Assembly: GCA_029261195.1 (NCBI GenBank)
Contig: JAJDBU010000025.1
Coordinates: 104,874-168,873 of the forward strand
Direction: 5' to 3'
DNA length: 64,000 nt
DNA from: Nitrospirota bacterium
GTDB lineage: Bacteria > Nitrospirota > Nitrospiria > SBBL01 > JAADHI01
This document shows positions 9,421-17,228 of the stretch, in pieces. Made by a program: the position numbers and the translations under genes. The notes below the pieces were generated by a model. It was not told the origin of the DNA, ran no database searches, and saw only the letters and a program-made list of their open reading frames with translations. Within the stretch, counting starts at the first letter, position 1; every line of letters starts with the position of its first letter.

Positions 9421-10461
9421 TTAGGAGGTCTTTTGTCCTGTGGTCTCGGAATACTCCTCTTCGAGGAAGTCACCCCGACCGTCGAGGATTGCGATCAATT
9501 TCGCCGGTTCTGTGTCCCCCGAAGTTGAATTATCGACTCGGACCAACAGAGAATAATGTGGATACTGATTCTTCAGAACCTTGCTGTAATAGGGCGCATG
9601 AGCCAAAGACACGGCAGAGTCTTCTCCGATCAGACTGGAAGAATTCCCCAGTCCAAGGACAACCATCGTGTCCGTCGATTTACCACCGACCTTCACACAC
9701 TCGTAACCACAGGTCGTCGGTGCCGCCGCCGTACTTGGTGCTACCGCCCAGAAGGCGAGCTGAAGGCCCGTAATGCCGGTTCGTGCCTTCCCAGTTGGGA
9801 AGTCGGCCAAGGTCATATTCCAGCCACGTCCCCTGTTAAGTCCAACCGCGTCAGGCTGAGGTGCCTCGAAGGCATGCATTGAGATGTCGATATCCCTGAC
9901 AGGACCTGCAATTTTGGCATCGCTGCAATCTGCTGCAGGAATGGGCGTATCATACGAGGCAGTTGGTGTTTCCGCCCCCGCATCCAGGAAGCGGATCTTG
10001 GTGATTCCTCCCAGGACGAGGCTTTCGACTATTTTGTCAGTCACAGTTCCGAGTTCGACCCTGTCAGACAGTCTCTTCGCTAGGAATTCCGCCTTGGCAA
10101 AGCCGGCAGTTGCGTCGAGTTTTTCTTTATCCACCTTTGAAGTATATGCATCGACCAAATCAGAACAATCAGTTTGGGCAACTATAGCAGTCGGTGTTGG
10201 TGCCGTAGCCACAAGCAAAGTCTCAAGATCATCGGGCAGTTTTTCATCGACAACAACAAATGTCCGGATTGCACCCTCAAGGCTTGCAATTGTGCCGGTT
10301 GAGGTGCCTGCTGCTGCGCGGTCCTCAAGGCCGTCGAAGGCAGCGATCATTCCGCCGCCGATGATGGCAATGATGGCCACCACGGTTAAAAGTTCAACAA
10401 GCGTAAATCCTCGCTCGTCTTTTAGACTCGAAAAGGGACGTTTGAATATTTCCATGTTCAT
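9421..10461 (-). CDS. Prepilin-type protein, first gene of the operon (candidate major subunit, ~346 aa)
   Basis: Contains ..SSLKDERG|FTLVELLTVVAIIAIIGGG. The track start at 10476 includes AAGGAG, which serves as the SD for the ATG at 10461 (MNMEIFKRPF). The DCSD motif occurs twice and there is a C-terminal Cys pair. Confidence 0.75.
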   Translation of the reverse strand: MNMEIFKRPFSSLKDERGFTLVELLTVVAIIAIIGGGMIAAFDGLEDRAAAGTSTGTIASLEGAIRTFVVVDEKLPDDLETLLVATAPTPTAIVAQTDCSDLVDAYTSKVDKEKLDATAGFAKAEFLAKRLSDRVELGTVTDKIVESLVLGGITKIRFLDAGAETPTASYDTPIPAADCSDAKIAGPVRDIDISMHAFEAPQPDAVGLNRGRGWNMTLADFPTGKARTGITGLQLAFWAVAPSTAAAPTTCGYECVKVGGKSTDTMVVLGLGNSSSLIGEDSAVSLAHAPYYSKVLKNQYPHYSLLVRVDNSTSGDTEPAKLIAILDGRGDFLEEEYSETTGQKTS

Positions 10462-10657
10462 TATTAACTCCTTCATTAATTGACGGTTTGTTTTTTTGCA
10501 GAGACTTACCCTGCCGGGCCTCAGCGGACCTCACCATCATTTTTTATTCCCGGATGGCTGCGGGCTCCTGAATGCTTTAAAAAAAGACCTGCAATTCGAC
10601 CTTCGTGCGACTTCTGTCTCCCAAACCCTGAGAGTCATTCTCAAAAATTACAGTTTA

Positions 10658-10686
10658 TATATACCGGACCCAATTCTGAGTGTCAA
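10658..10686 (-). promoter_or_regulatory. Candidate sigma70 promoter of the pilin/secretion operon
   Basis: The minus strand reads TTGACA (10686..10681), a 17-nt spacer, then TATATA (10663..10658). This lies ~180-200 nt upstream of the first pilin start. Confidence 0.4.
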
Positions 10687-11092
10687 CGCTTAAACATAAA
10701 AATATATTAACATAATATAGTAAATCTGTAAGATCTACATATTTATTGCCTATATTTAAAGCTGATTTTAGACCTTTCTATGCTTAATATTTTGAATATA
10801 TTCATGTAGTTAGCTAAAGAAGGTATAAATTTATGTTCTTAAGAAAGCTATATGGTTATTTAGATATTTTTAATTGCAATAAATTTTAATCATAAAATGG
10901 CACAAAACCTCTAAAATCTTTTTATTTAAAAAATATTCCATATTAAAATTTAAAAGGCCTTCAAATGCAGTGCGCAGAGCTGTCGCTAGGCAAATAATTG
11001 AAATGAGAATAAGAGGGCTGTGGAGTGGAGGAAAACTTATTTATTACGCCGGGAGGAAGAGATGACTATAAAACAGGTAAGAAAAGTTGCAC

Positions 11093-14000
11093 TCAGGCCC
11101 TGGGCGGGCATATTTCTGTGTGGAGGTACTTCTTGCACTCCTCCGGCGTGAGTGAGCGCTTGAGCGCTTTACGGACAAGCGACATCATATCTTCGATTTC
11201 CATAGAGTAAAGCCTAAGGGTTTTGTCTTGACCCACAGTGGCTAAATGACGACCGTCAGAGCTGAAAGCAAGGCTGGTCACCGAACCGCGGTGTCCGGCT
11301 AACATTGCTAATTCATCGCCGCTTTGCGCATTCCAGAGCCGCATCGTTCCGTCGCTACTGGCGGTGGCAATGTGCCGTCCATTAGGACTGAAGGCGACGT
11401 CCAAGACTTCGCCCGTATGTCCGGATAGCGTGAGCTTTACTTCTCCCTGGCCAAAAAAACGGATATCCCATACCCGAACGGTGCCGTCTTTTGATGCGCT
11501 GGCGATTCGATTGTTGTCAGGACTGAAGTCCAGGGCGGTGACGATGTAGTCGTGTCCGAGTAATTTGACCAGGGCTTTCCCGGATTTTACATCCCAGATG
11601 CGGACTGTGGCGTCCTCTCCCGCGGTCGCGAGATATTTTCCGTTTGGACTGAAAACGATCCGATGAATCGCGGATTCATGCCCCCGAAGTTGAAGGCGTT
11701 GTCTTTCGGTTTTGACGTCCCACACAATGGCTGTCCCTTTTTCTCCGGCGGTGGCCAGATCTCGCTGGTTCGGGCTGAATGCAACGCTTTTCACTGCACC
11801 TGCCTTGTGCGAAACGGTGAAGAGAGGCTTGCCGGAGGAGACCTGCCAAACCTTGGCCCGGCCGTCCAGTCCGGCGGTCGCCAGCTGTTTTCCGTTTGCA
11901 CGGTAGGCGATGCTGGTGATCGGGCTGTCGTGGGGAAAGATGCGTAATGTGTCTCCGCTGAGGGGGTTCCATATCTTTGCGTTGCCGTCTGCGCCGGCGC
12001 TGACCAAGTGCTTTCCGCTTCGTCCGAATATCACTGCATTCACGGTACTGTCATGTGCGGAAAGAACCGATTTGAGCGGTAGGCTATACATGGCTTGATA
12101 GAGCACATCTTCGGCTTCGGGGATGTTCGTGTCTTTTTCAGAATTGGAGATTGAAAGGGCCTGCATGGCCAAGAGGAGACTCAGGGTGGGGTTTGTGAAT
12201 ACATGTTTGACGGCATCACGGGTTAAGGAGTGTGATAAAAAAGATTGGGCTTCTCTTATTTGTCGGGTGGCCTCTTTTTGCGCTGCAATGGCGGCGATCT
12301 TTGCGGCTTCGGCTTTGGCTTTTGCGGCAAGGGTTTCTTTGGTGCGGACGGCAGCCAGGGCGGTTTGCGCTTCGGCACGCTGTTTTTCCTGATCGGCTTT
12401 TTGTTGGGCGGTTTCGGCTTCTAATCTTGCCTGCTCTTTTTCCAGACGGTTTGCTTCGGCAGTTTTAGAGGCCTCTCCCGCTTCTTTTTCCCATGCTTTG
12501 GCAACACGGGATTGTTGTTGCGCACGTTGGTACTCAATTTCTGCAACCTCTTTGTCTTTTTTGGAGCTGCGCCATTGCAAACCGCCAATGATTGCAGCAA
12601 TGATAATGACCACGAGCATCGCCAAAGTTCTTTGGCCCAGCCGCTTGGTCAAATGCGTTTCTTTTTCGGCCCGTTCAAAAACCCCTTCAGCGCGTTCTTT
12701 TTGAACTTCGGCAGCGATGCGAACTTCATTTCTGCGAATTTCTTCAAGATTTGCATCATCCGGCTTTTCCAGACTTGCCCGGACAAAGGCAGCCAGCACT
12801 TCGCTACGCTTGTAGCGGGCAATATCCGGTCTCGACATCCAGCGCCCGGCAATCTCAAGGTCCTCCCCTTTTAGAAGCAAGCTTTTTTCTCTCCCGAGGC
12901 GAATCCACTCAATGGCCTGATTTTCCAAGTCCCGATGTGTCCGTTCTCCTGCATCTTCATGCATCCGCCAGTCGTGATTTGATTCTATAACGGGGTGGAT
13001 CAGGCGGTCATGTGACAATTCAACCCATCGGGAACCGTCCTGCCATCCGCTTTGAATCAGATGTAAATCTTCAAGTGCATCCAGAACAAGCGCTGAGATC
13101 TCATTGCCTGCTTTTTCTTCCCAGTAAACTTTTCCGCGTGTTCCTGAGGATGTAATCAGGCTCTGTTCAAACCATGTTCTCAGGGTTTCCTCTTTCACTC
13201 CTGTTTCCTCAGTCAGCGCGTGAATCGCGCTTTCATAAAACTGAGAGAGGGCGTGATCAATATGGGCAAAGGCGGTCCGGTGATTTTGGGTGATTACTTC
13301 TGCGTCGCGGGGCATCTCGCGCCATAAACGTTCACAAACGATTTGAAGCAGGGCCGGTTCGACAAATTCTCCCGGAATCGCCTTGCTTCCGACTGCAAAA
13401 GCTTTTCCCTGAGGCTTGATCATCGAAAGATCTGTAAGCAGTGTTTCCGCAACGCCTTTTCCAAAGGCAATGTGGCGACCTTCCAGGGGCAGGGTAATTG
13501 CGGCGAGGGCAGCCTCCATTCCCAGCGCTTCTAAATCGAGACGCACTTGCAGTTTCTCGGGCAACAAATCGGCATAAGGAGCCAGTTGTTGAATACAGGG
13601 TTTGCGAATAACGAAGATCATTCGCAATAAAGGATCGGACACCAGGGCATCCCGGACCTGGTAAAAGAAGTCCTCCCGTTCTTTCCGGCGTTCCGGCTGG
13701 CAGGTAAACAGCGTTTCTAAGTTTTCAAAAACAACCAGCCTTGGCGGCTTATCTGTCCCGATCGCAGACTTTCGCCGATCCAAAAAACCGGCAAGCGTTT
13801 TTTGAGTCAGTTCTTCTTGACCGGTCTCGTCCTGATTCGACCACTGACTCAGGACGTTAGAGATATAGATGTTGAGGATATCATCAAATTTGAGCTGCTC
13901 AGTTTTTTTCCCGACAAATGCCGGCTTAAAGACCTCAAAACCGTCTTTCTCAAGAAGAGGAATCAGACCTGCGTTAATGAGGGATGTTTTGCCAACGCCC

Positions 14001-14152
14001 GCCCGGCCCGATAAGAGAAGCAATCGATGCGATTGAATCAGTCGCTGTGCTTCACTGATTTCGGTATCCCGTCCAAAAAAAAGGGCTTGATCTCGACGAT
14101 GAAAGGGATGGTGGCCGACATAAGGGGATCTTTTATTAGCTGATGGGTTCAC
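11093..14152 (-). CDS. STAND (nSTAND1-like) P-loop NTPase - TM - coiled coil - 7x WD40 protein
   Basis: 1019 aa. The N-terminus SPYVGHHPFHRRDQALFFGRDTEISE..LLLLSGRAGVGKTSLINAGLIP is the Walker A context typical of bacterial STAND-WD40 proteins. A hydrophobic helix spans aa ~509-527 (LAMLVVIIIAAIIGGLQW). An Ala/Glu/Lys/Gln coiled coil spans aa ~535-635. Seven WD repeats (..GH/AH..WD/WN/WQ) span aa ~698-983. Confidence 0.85.
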   Translation of the reverse strand: MNPSANKRSPYVGHHPFHRRDQALFFGRDTEISEAQRLIQSHRLLLLSGRAGVGKTSLINAGLIPLLEKDGFEVFKPAFVGKKTEQLKFDDILNIYISNVLSQWSNQDETGQEELTQKTLAGFLDRRKSAIGTDKPPRLVVFENLETLFTCQPERRKEREDFFYQVRDALVSDPLLRMIFVIRKPCIQQLAPYADLLPEKLQVRLDLEALGMEAALAAITLPLEGRHIAFGKGVAETLLTDLSMIKPQGKAFAVGSKAIPGEFVEPALLQIVCERLWREMPRDAEVITQNHRTAFAHIDHALSQFYESAIHALTEETGVKEETLRTWFEQSLITSSGTRGKVYWEEKAGNEISALVLDALEDLHLIQSGWQDGSRWVELSHDRLIHPVIESNHDWRMHEDAGERTHRDLENQAIEWIRLGREKSLLLKGEDLEIAGRWMSRPDIARYKRSEVLAAFVRASLEKPDDANLEEIRRNEVRIAAEVQKERAEGVFERAEKETHLTKRLGQRTLAMLVVIIIAAIIGGLQWRSSKKDKEVAEIEYQRAQQQSRVAKAWEKEAGEASKTAEANRLEKEQARLEAETAQQKADQEKQRAEAQTALAAVRTKETLAAKAKAEAAKIAAIAAQKEATRQIREAQSFLSHSLTRDAVKHVFTNPTLSLLLAMQALSISNSEKDTNIPEAEDVLYQAMYSLPLKSVLSAHDSTVNAVIFGRSGKHLVSAGADGNAKIWNPLSGDTLRIFPHDSPITSIAYRANGKQLATAGLDGRAKVWQVSSGKPLFTVSHKAGAVKSVAFSPNQRDLATAGEKGTAIVWDVKTERQRLQLRGHESAIHRIVFSPNGKYLATAGEDATVRIWDVKSGKALVKLLGHDYIVTALDFSPDNNRIASASKDGTVRVWDIRFFGQGEVKLTLSGHTGEVLDVAFSPNGRHIATASSDGTMRLWNAQSGDELAMLAGHRGSVTSLAFSSDGRHLATVGQDKTLRLYSMEIEDMMSLVRKALKRSLTPEECKKYLHTEICPPRA

Positions 14153-14392
14153 TGGATTGACCTTAATGATTCAGGCAGATTGCCTGAAAGTCCACAAAAG
14201 ATTCAATATCAACAAAACAGTCCTTTTCTCTAAGCTTAAATAAATGATATTAGAATCGACATTTTCAAGTGATTTTACCAAACAATAAGCATGATTTGCT
14301 GTAAAAAAGCTATCCAGCCAATATTAGAGCCAAGCGCCGTTCCGTCTGAGAACTGACCTTTCCCCAGCTAATATACGATAGATAGCTTATAT

Positions 14393-14932
14393 TTACTTCA
14401 AACGCGCATTCATCCATGCCGCAGAGATGCCTGCCAGCAATCCACTGAGATGGCCCTCCCATGACACATAGGCTCTCAGAGGGAGAATGCCGAATATCAT
14501 CCCTCCGTAGAAAATCAGCACTGCACTGGCAATGATGATGGATTGCAGATCTTTTGCATACCAGCCGGAAGCAAGCAAAAAACCAAAGTAACCGAAGATT
14601 AAACTACTTGCCCCCGCATGGATTGAAGGGCGGGCGAGCAGCCAGACGGCAAGGCCTGAAATGACGATAATGATCAGGCTGACTTCGACGAATAATTTTT
14701 TATCTTGCAGGCAGATAAGTCCCCCCAGAATCGCAAAGGGCAGGGTGTTCATCAGAAGATGAAACAGGCCGAAATGCAAAAAAGGACTCGCGGGAATGCC
14801 GATGAGTCCGAGCAGTGTTCTAGGTTGAATACCCCCCATCCGGCTTAGGCTGTGTCCCAAAAAAAAGTTAATGAGTTCAATCCCCCACATTAAAGCAAGC
14901 AGGCTTGTCATCCAGTTGATGCTTGTTTTCAC
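14393..14932 (-). CDS. Rhomboid-family intramembrane serine protease
   Basis: 179 aa and polytopic. Contains the HFGLFHLLMN (HxxxxHxxxN) motif, the catalytic-type GASSLIFG (GxSx) motif and HLSGLLAG with His. Confidence 0.8.
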   Translation of the reverse strand: MKTSINWMTSLLALMWGIELINFFLGHSLSRMGGIQPRTLLGLIGIPASPFLHFGLFHLLMNTLPFAILGGLICLQDKKLFVEVSLIIIVISGLAVWLLARPSIHAGASSLIFGYFGFLLASGWYAKDLQSIIIASAVLIFYGGMIFGILPLRAYVSWEGHLSGLLAGISAAWMNARLK

Positions 14933-15145
14933 ATATCCTCCACTCTCTTCTACTTTTACTGCTTCGTAGGGACTTAAGACACAACAGCTTAGTTTCCCGT
15001 GAAACTGAAATGTGAGTCCCGATTTTAGAACAATCTGATACAGTTAAGTTAGTGCCTTAAAAAAGTAAGCGTAGCGACAAACAGTCTATACCGAAACAGT
15101 TGATCCAAACCTTTTTCTAAGCTTTACCGGAAGGAGAAGTCTACC

Positions 15146-15232
15146 GTGAATATGGAAAAAGATCTGCAAAACTTTTTACTTCGTCTACTTGGAACAGGCA
15201 TTGTCATCAGCATTCTCATCATTTTCCTCTGA
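15146..15232 (+). CDS. Possible small hydrophobic peptide (28 aa; below the ORF-track cutoff)
   Basis: Read manually. AAGGAG lies at ~15131, with GTG at 15146 (9-nt spacing) and ATG at 15152. The product is (V)NMEKDLQNFLLRLLGTGIVISILIIFL, with the stop at 15230..15232. It lies in the gap between the rhomboid start and the tonB stop. There is no homology evidence. Confidence 0.2.
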   Translation: MNMEKDLQNFLLRLLGTGIVISILIIFL

Positions 15233-15257
15233 TGCTCCAGCCTCTCAAGTAATCGAT

Positions 15258-16277
15258 TTACTTCTTGTTGGATTTTAAGGAAAATCGGATATTCTGAATA
15301 GCGCGTCGGGCGACCGTTTTTCCTTTGACTTGCTTCGGGCTGAATTTCCAAAGTTGTATGGCACTCAGGGCCGCCTGATCAAATACCTTTGGCGGCGCCG
15401 ATGCGACAACGATGGGATCGGACACGGAACCGTCTATCCGTATTGTGAATTCAATGGTGACCCTGCCTTCCAGTTTTGCCCTGATAGCCCGCCGTGGATA
15501 GCGGGGCTGTGTCCTTGATAAGGGAAGCACATCAACCTCAATGACATCTGTCTCAAGCACCTCTGCCTGAACATCTTCCGGTGTTTCTGTAGTAGAAGCC
15601 TCCATTTCAGAAAGCGTCGCTTCGATATTTTTTAAAGGGGAAACTGCCACCTCGACCGGAACAGGCGGAATATCTTCCGGCACGGGTACTTCTTCGACTG
15701 CCTGGACCTCTTCTGTGGGAGGAATATTTTCTTCAGGGGTCGGTTCGGGTTCAATGACGGCGGTTTTGATAGGTTCTTCCAGAGTCGGTTCCGGTTCTAC
15801 GACTTTCTCAGGCACCGGCTCCGGGGTCGGGGGCTCTACTACGGGGATGGGTTCTGGAATCGGCACAGGGATTGGAACCTCTTCCACCGGGGTGGGTTCG
15901 GGAAGCAGGATGGGTTCTGGAAGCGGAATGGGCTCGGGAGGAGGTTCGATCTTTATTTTTTCGGGGGGTGGTTCGGGCGGTATCACCGCCTTCACTTTTT
16001 CTATTTTGGGTTTGATCGGTTTGGGCTTTGGCCGGGTAAGGGGAGGCAATTTCGTGACTTTTAGAGGGGGCGGCGTTTCCGGGAGAAGAGGGCGTTTCGC
16101 TTTCTTGATTTTCTTCGGAGCCTTGTCTTCAAGCTTAAGGTCGATGAGTTTAATACTTTGGGAATCAAGGGTCTCTTTTGTTCTGAGCGTTTTTCCAGTC
16201 AGCATCCGGGTCATCATGAAAAATAAAAAAAAATTGACCAGAAGCGAAACGATCATGACAGGACCTATCCGTTTCAT
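15258..16277 (-). CDS. tonB: TonB family energy transducer
   Basis: 339 aa with an N-terminal TM, a long Pro-rich (PEP/PIP/KP) spacer and a C-terminal TonB domain (YPRRAIRAKLEGRVTIEFTIRIDGSVSDP..FDQAALSAI). ATGA overlap with exbD. Confidence 0.85.
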   Translation of the reverse strand: MKRIGPVMIVSLLVNFFLFFMMTRMLTGKTLRTKETLDSQSIKLIDLKLEDKAPKKIKKAKRPLLPETPPPLKVTKLPPLTRPKPKPIKPKIEKVKAVIPPEPPPEKIKIEPPPEPIPLPEPILLPEPTPVEEVPIPVPIPEPIPVVEPPTPEPVPEKVVEPEPTLEEPIKTAVIEPEPTPEENIPPTEEVQAVEEVPVPEDIPPVPVEVAVSPLKNIEATLSEMEASTTETPEDVQAEVLETDVIEVDVLPLSRTQPRYPRRAIRAKLEGRVTIEFTIRIDGSVSDPIVVASAPPKVFDQAALSAIQLWKFSPKQVKGKTVARRAIQNIRFSLKSNKK

Positions 16278-16684
16278 CGGGATCCTTTTTTAGCCGCGAT
16301 TGAAACACTGGAAACACCCGCCAGCCTGGCCCGGTCAATCACCTGGACCAGGAGGCCCGTATTTGCATTCTGATCGGCGACAACAACAACGCCCCCTTCC
16401 GGGTTTTCGGCATGAAGGCGTTCGACATGCGCCACGATGGCATCCATCTGAATCTGACGCCGATCCAGCCAGATTTCTCCGGTCTCCGAGATGGCGATCA
16501 TGATGCTTGTATCCGCTTTCCGTTCGGCGGAATGGGCGGTGGGGCGATTGACATCAATGCCTGCCTCTTTCACAAAAGAGGTCGTCACAATAAAAAAGAT
16601 CAACAAGATGAAGATCATGTCGATCATCGGGGTCAAGTCGATCTCGGATGCACTGCCCTGAGATTTTGAATGTCGTCGTCGCAT
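16274..16684 (-). CDS. exbD: ExbD/TolR biopolymer transport protein
   Basis: 136 aa. The IDLTPMIDMIFILLIFFIV anchor and a periplasmic domain are typical of ExbD. Confidence 0.9.
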   Translation of the reverse strand: MRRRHSKSQGSASEIDLTPMIDMIFILLIFFIVTTSFVKEAGIDVNRPTAHSAERKADTSIMIAISETGEIWLDRRQIQMDAIVAHVERLHAENPEGGVVVVADQNANTGLLVQVIDRARLAGVSSVSIAAKKGSR

Positions 16685-16700
16685 AGATTTTTTGCCAGTT

Positions 16701-17228
16701 CTATGATTCGCTTAAACGTTCGGCCATCAGCTGTTTTTCAGCCAGTACACGTCGTCGCAAATCGATGCTGAAATAGAGTCCTGAAAGTGCCGTGACCAGC
16801 CCGGCCATGGTCGTCACCAGCGCTTCTGAGATACCCGTGGCCATGCCCCGGGCATTGCCTGTTCCAAAACGGGTCATGACATCAAAGGTGCCGATCATCC
16901 CTGTGACCGTTCCGAGAAGCCCCATGAGCGGCAGTACTTTTGTTAAGGCCGTAATCAAAAGAAGAGATTGCTGAAGGTCCGATTCTCCCTCCGAAAGCAG
17001 TGCTTTACGGATTTGGCGTGCCGTCCAGGAACGATGATTTGCTCTCAGCTTCCACTCGATGATGCGTGCCTTAAAGTGTTGCCGATGTGTGCGATAGATA
17101 TACCAGTAACGATCAATAATCAGCGCCCATAAAAGTAGAGAAACAAAAAGAATCCCCCAGAGTACCGCGCCTCCCGTCTCCAGAAACTTTTGAATCGCAT
17201 CGAATGCTTCAAAAAAAAAGTCCATCAA
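16701..17228 (-). CDS. exbB: ExbB (MotA/TolQ/ExbB proton channel)
   Basis: 175 aa with three TM segments and the motif LGLLGTVTGMIGTF..ISEALVTTMAGL. Confidence 0.85.
   Translation of the reverse strand: MMDFFFEAFDAIQKFLETGGAVLWGILFVSLLLWALIIDRYWYIYRTHRQHFKARIIEWKLRANHRSWTARQIRKALLSEGESDLQQSLLLITALTKVLPLMGLLGTVTGMIGTFDVMTRFGTGNARGMATGISEALVTTMAGLVTALSGLYFSIDLRRRVLAEKQLMAERLSES

Noticed and set aside
10477-10657. Long pilin 5' leader as a c-di-GMP (GEMM) riboswitch
   Set aside because: I could not find the conserved GEMM-I elements (GNRA tetraloop/receptor helices or an ACGCAAAGC-like core). Only an Infernal/Rfam scan could settle this.
10898-10915. TGGCAC hexamer, a possible sigma54 -24 element near pilin genes
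   Set aside because: No TTGC-type -12 element lies at the required 5-nt spacing (the sequence reads TGGCACaaaacCTCT). It is also on the + strand, pointing away from the pilin operon. GG/GC candidates in the minus-strand leader do not fit the GG-N10-GC spacing either.
11093-16277. Periodic repeats that might be mistaken for CRISPR or tandem-repeat arrays (WD40 units at 11.2-12.1 kb, the coiled-coil Ala/Lys/Glu region at 12.2-12.5 kb and the TonB PEP repeats at 15.7-16.1 kb)
   Set aside because: All are in-frame protein repeats or low-complexity coding sequence. There are no identical direct repeats with unique spacers, and no cas genes. I also recognised no tRNA, rRNA or tmRNA in the intergenic regions I read, though a covariance-model scan was not possible.
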